A DNA stretch of 64,000 bases, from the NCBI GenBank assembly GCA_001662655.1, contig KV460272.1. One strand, 5' to 3'. Positions 63,387 to 64,000 of the stretch are shown here, one piece after another; position 1 is the stretch's first letter; the number at the start of each line of letters is the position of its first letter. The notes under the pieces were generated by a model. That model had not been told where the DNA came from, made no database searches, and saw only the letters and a list, made by a program, of their open reading frames with translations. A program made the position numbers and the translations under genes. Source of the stretch: Pseudogymnoascus verrucosus. Its lineage: Eukaryota.

Positions 63387-64000
63387 CTACTCCTTGCCAC
63401 CACTCTTGGGAACAGCTGTAACATCGATGTGGATGCGGCCGCGAATTTCAATCCCTAGTCGATCAATGGTACTTGGAATCGTGAACACCCACTGTGTCGC
63501 CATAGATCCAGTAATGGGATTACGCAGTGCAGAATCATCGTTTATCATCGACTGGACATCCTCCTTCTTGATGTGTGCAACCTGCTGTGCTATATTAGTA
63601 GAAATATGGCCCTCAATGAGACCAATAGCTCTATTCTCCGGATCAAGGCGACTGAATTTCTCAGGTGGCGTTTTTTCCCTCCTACAATACCAGACGAACT
63701 CCTTCCAATCTGGCGAGTACCACAACTCCGCGGTGGGGATTGAATTGATGAGGGCAATAGGAACACAGATTCGCACTATCCAGGTCTCAGAATAGGGGCA
63801 TCGCCGCTGTGCCCATTTGCGGTATAACTCGGCAACCTCGCGTTCAGGTGTCCAGTAGTGAACCATACTGCAGTAATTGGAATCACCCCCTGGAAAAGAC
63901 GATATGACGTTCATGTCTACGCCACCATCGTCGTCGATCCACGGTGTTCCTCCCATCTCTAAGGCTGATGTTGCCTTGTATAGAGCCACGTACTTAAGCG
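63387..64000 (-). CDS. Hypothetical protein, 5'-truncated by the window edge; DUF3990/ART-fold-like motifs
   Basis: Open frame runs to the window edge; motifs LYKA, GGDS, YWT, A..Y..WA, WKEFVW..R, LIEGHI, QWVF. Confidence 0.7.
   Translation of the reverse strand, partial: LKYVALYKATSALEMGGTPWIDDDGGVDMNVISSFPGGDSNYCSMVHYWTPEREVAELYRKWAQRRCPYSETWIVRICVPIALINSIPTAELWYSPDWKEFVWYCRREKTPPEKFSRLDPENRAIGLIEGHISTNIAQQVAHIKKEDVQSMINDDSALRNPITGSMATQWVFTIPSTIDRLGIEIRGRIHIDVTAVPKSGGKE

Overview
Eukaryotic DNA from a filamentous ascomycete (short GT-AG introns with CTRAC branch points; a Leotiomycete/Pseudogymnoascus-like style is my inference only). Recognisable conserved genes: LIM-RhoGAP LRG1, a two-UBC-domain E2, RIM15 kinase, FlbB-type bZIP, eIF3d, a PTH11-like membrane protein, a secreted tyrosinase, an F-box-like protein, ABP1, DNM1 and an extended SDR/epimerase. 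The most notable structure is seen only in fragments by the ORF track: a three-copy tandem array (23.1-25.3 kb, minus strand) of small secreted 6-Cys protein genes. One copy is intact. One lost its start codon and signal peptide through a microhomology-bounded deletion. One lost exon 2. The two lesions are phase-complementary, so a single splice could rebuild a full protein. Other items: two GC-AG introns, a 12-nt micro-exon next to an E2 catalytic Cys, a hAT-like transposon end beside a gene relic, a DUF3990/ART-like ORF, tRNA-like and 5S-like relics in an 8.7-kb gene-free stretch, and oscillating C-rich/G-rich blocks. All family assignments come from motif recognition by eye; no database searches were run.
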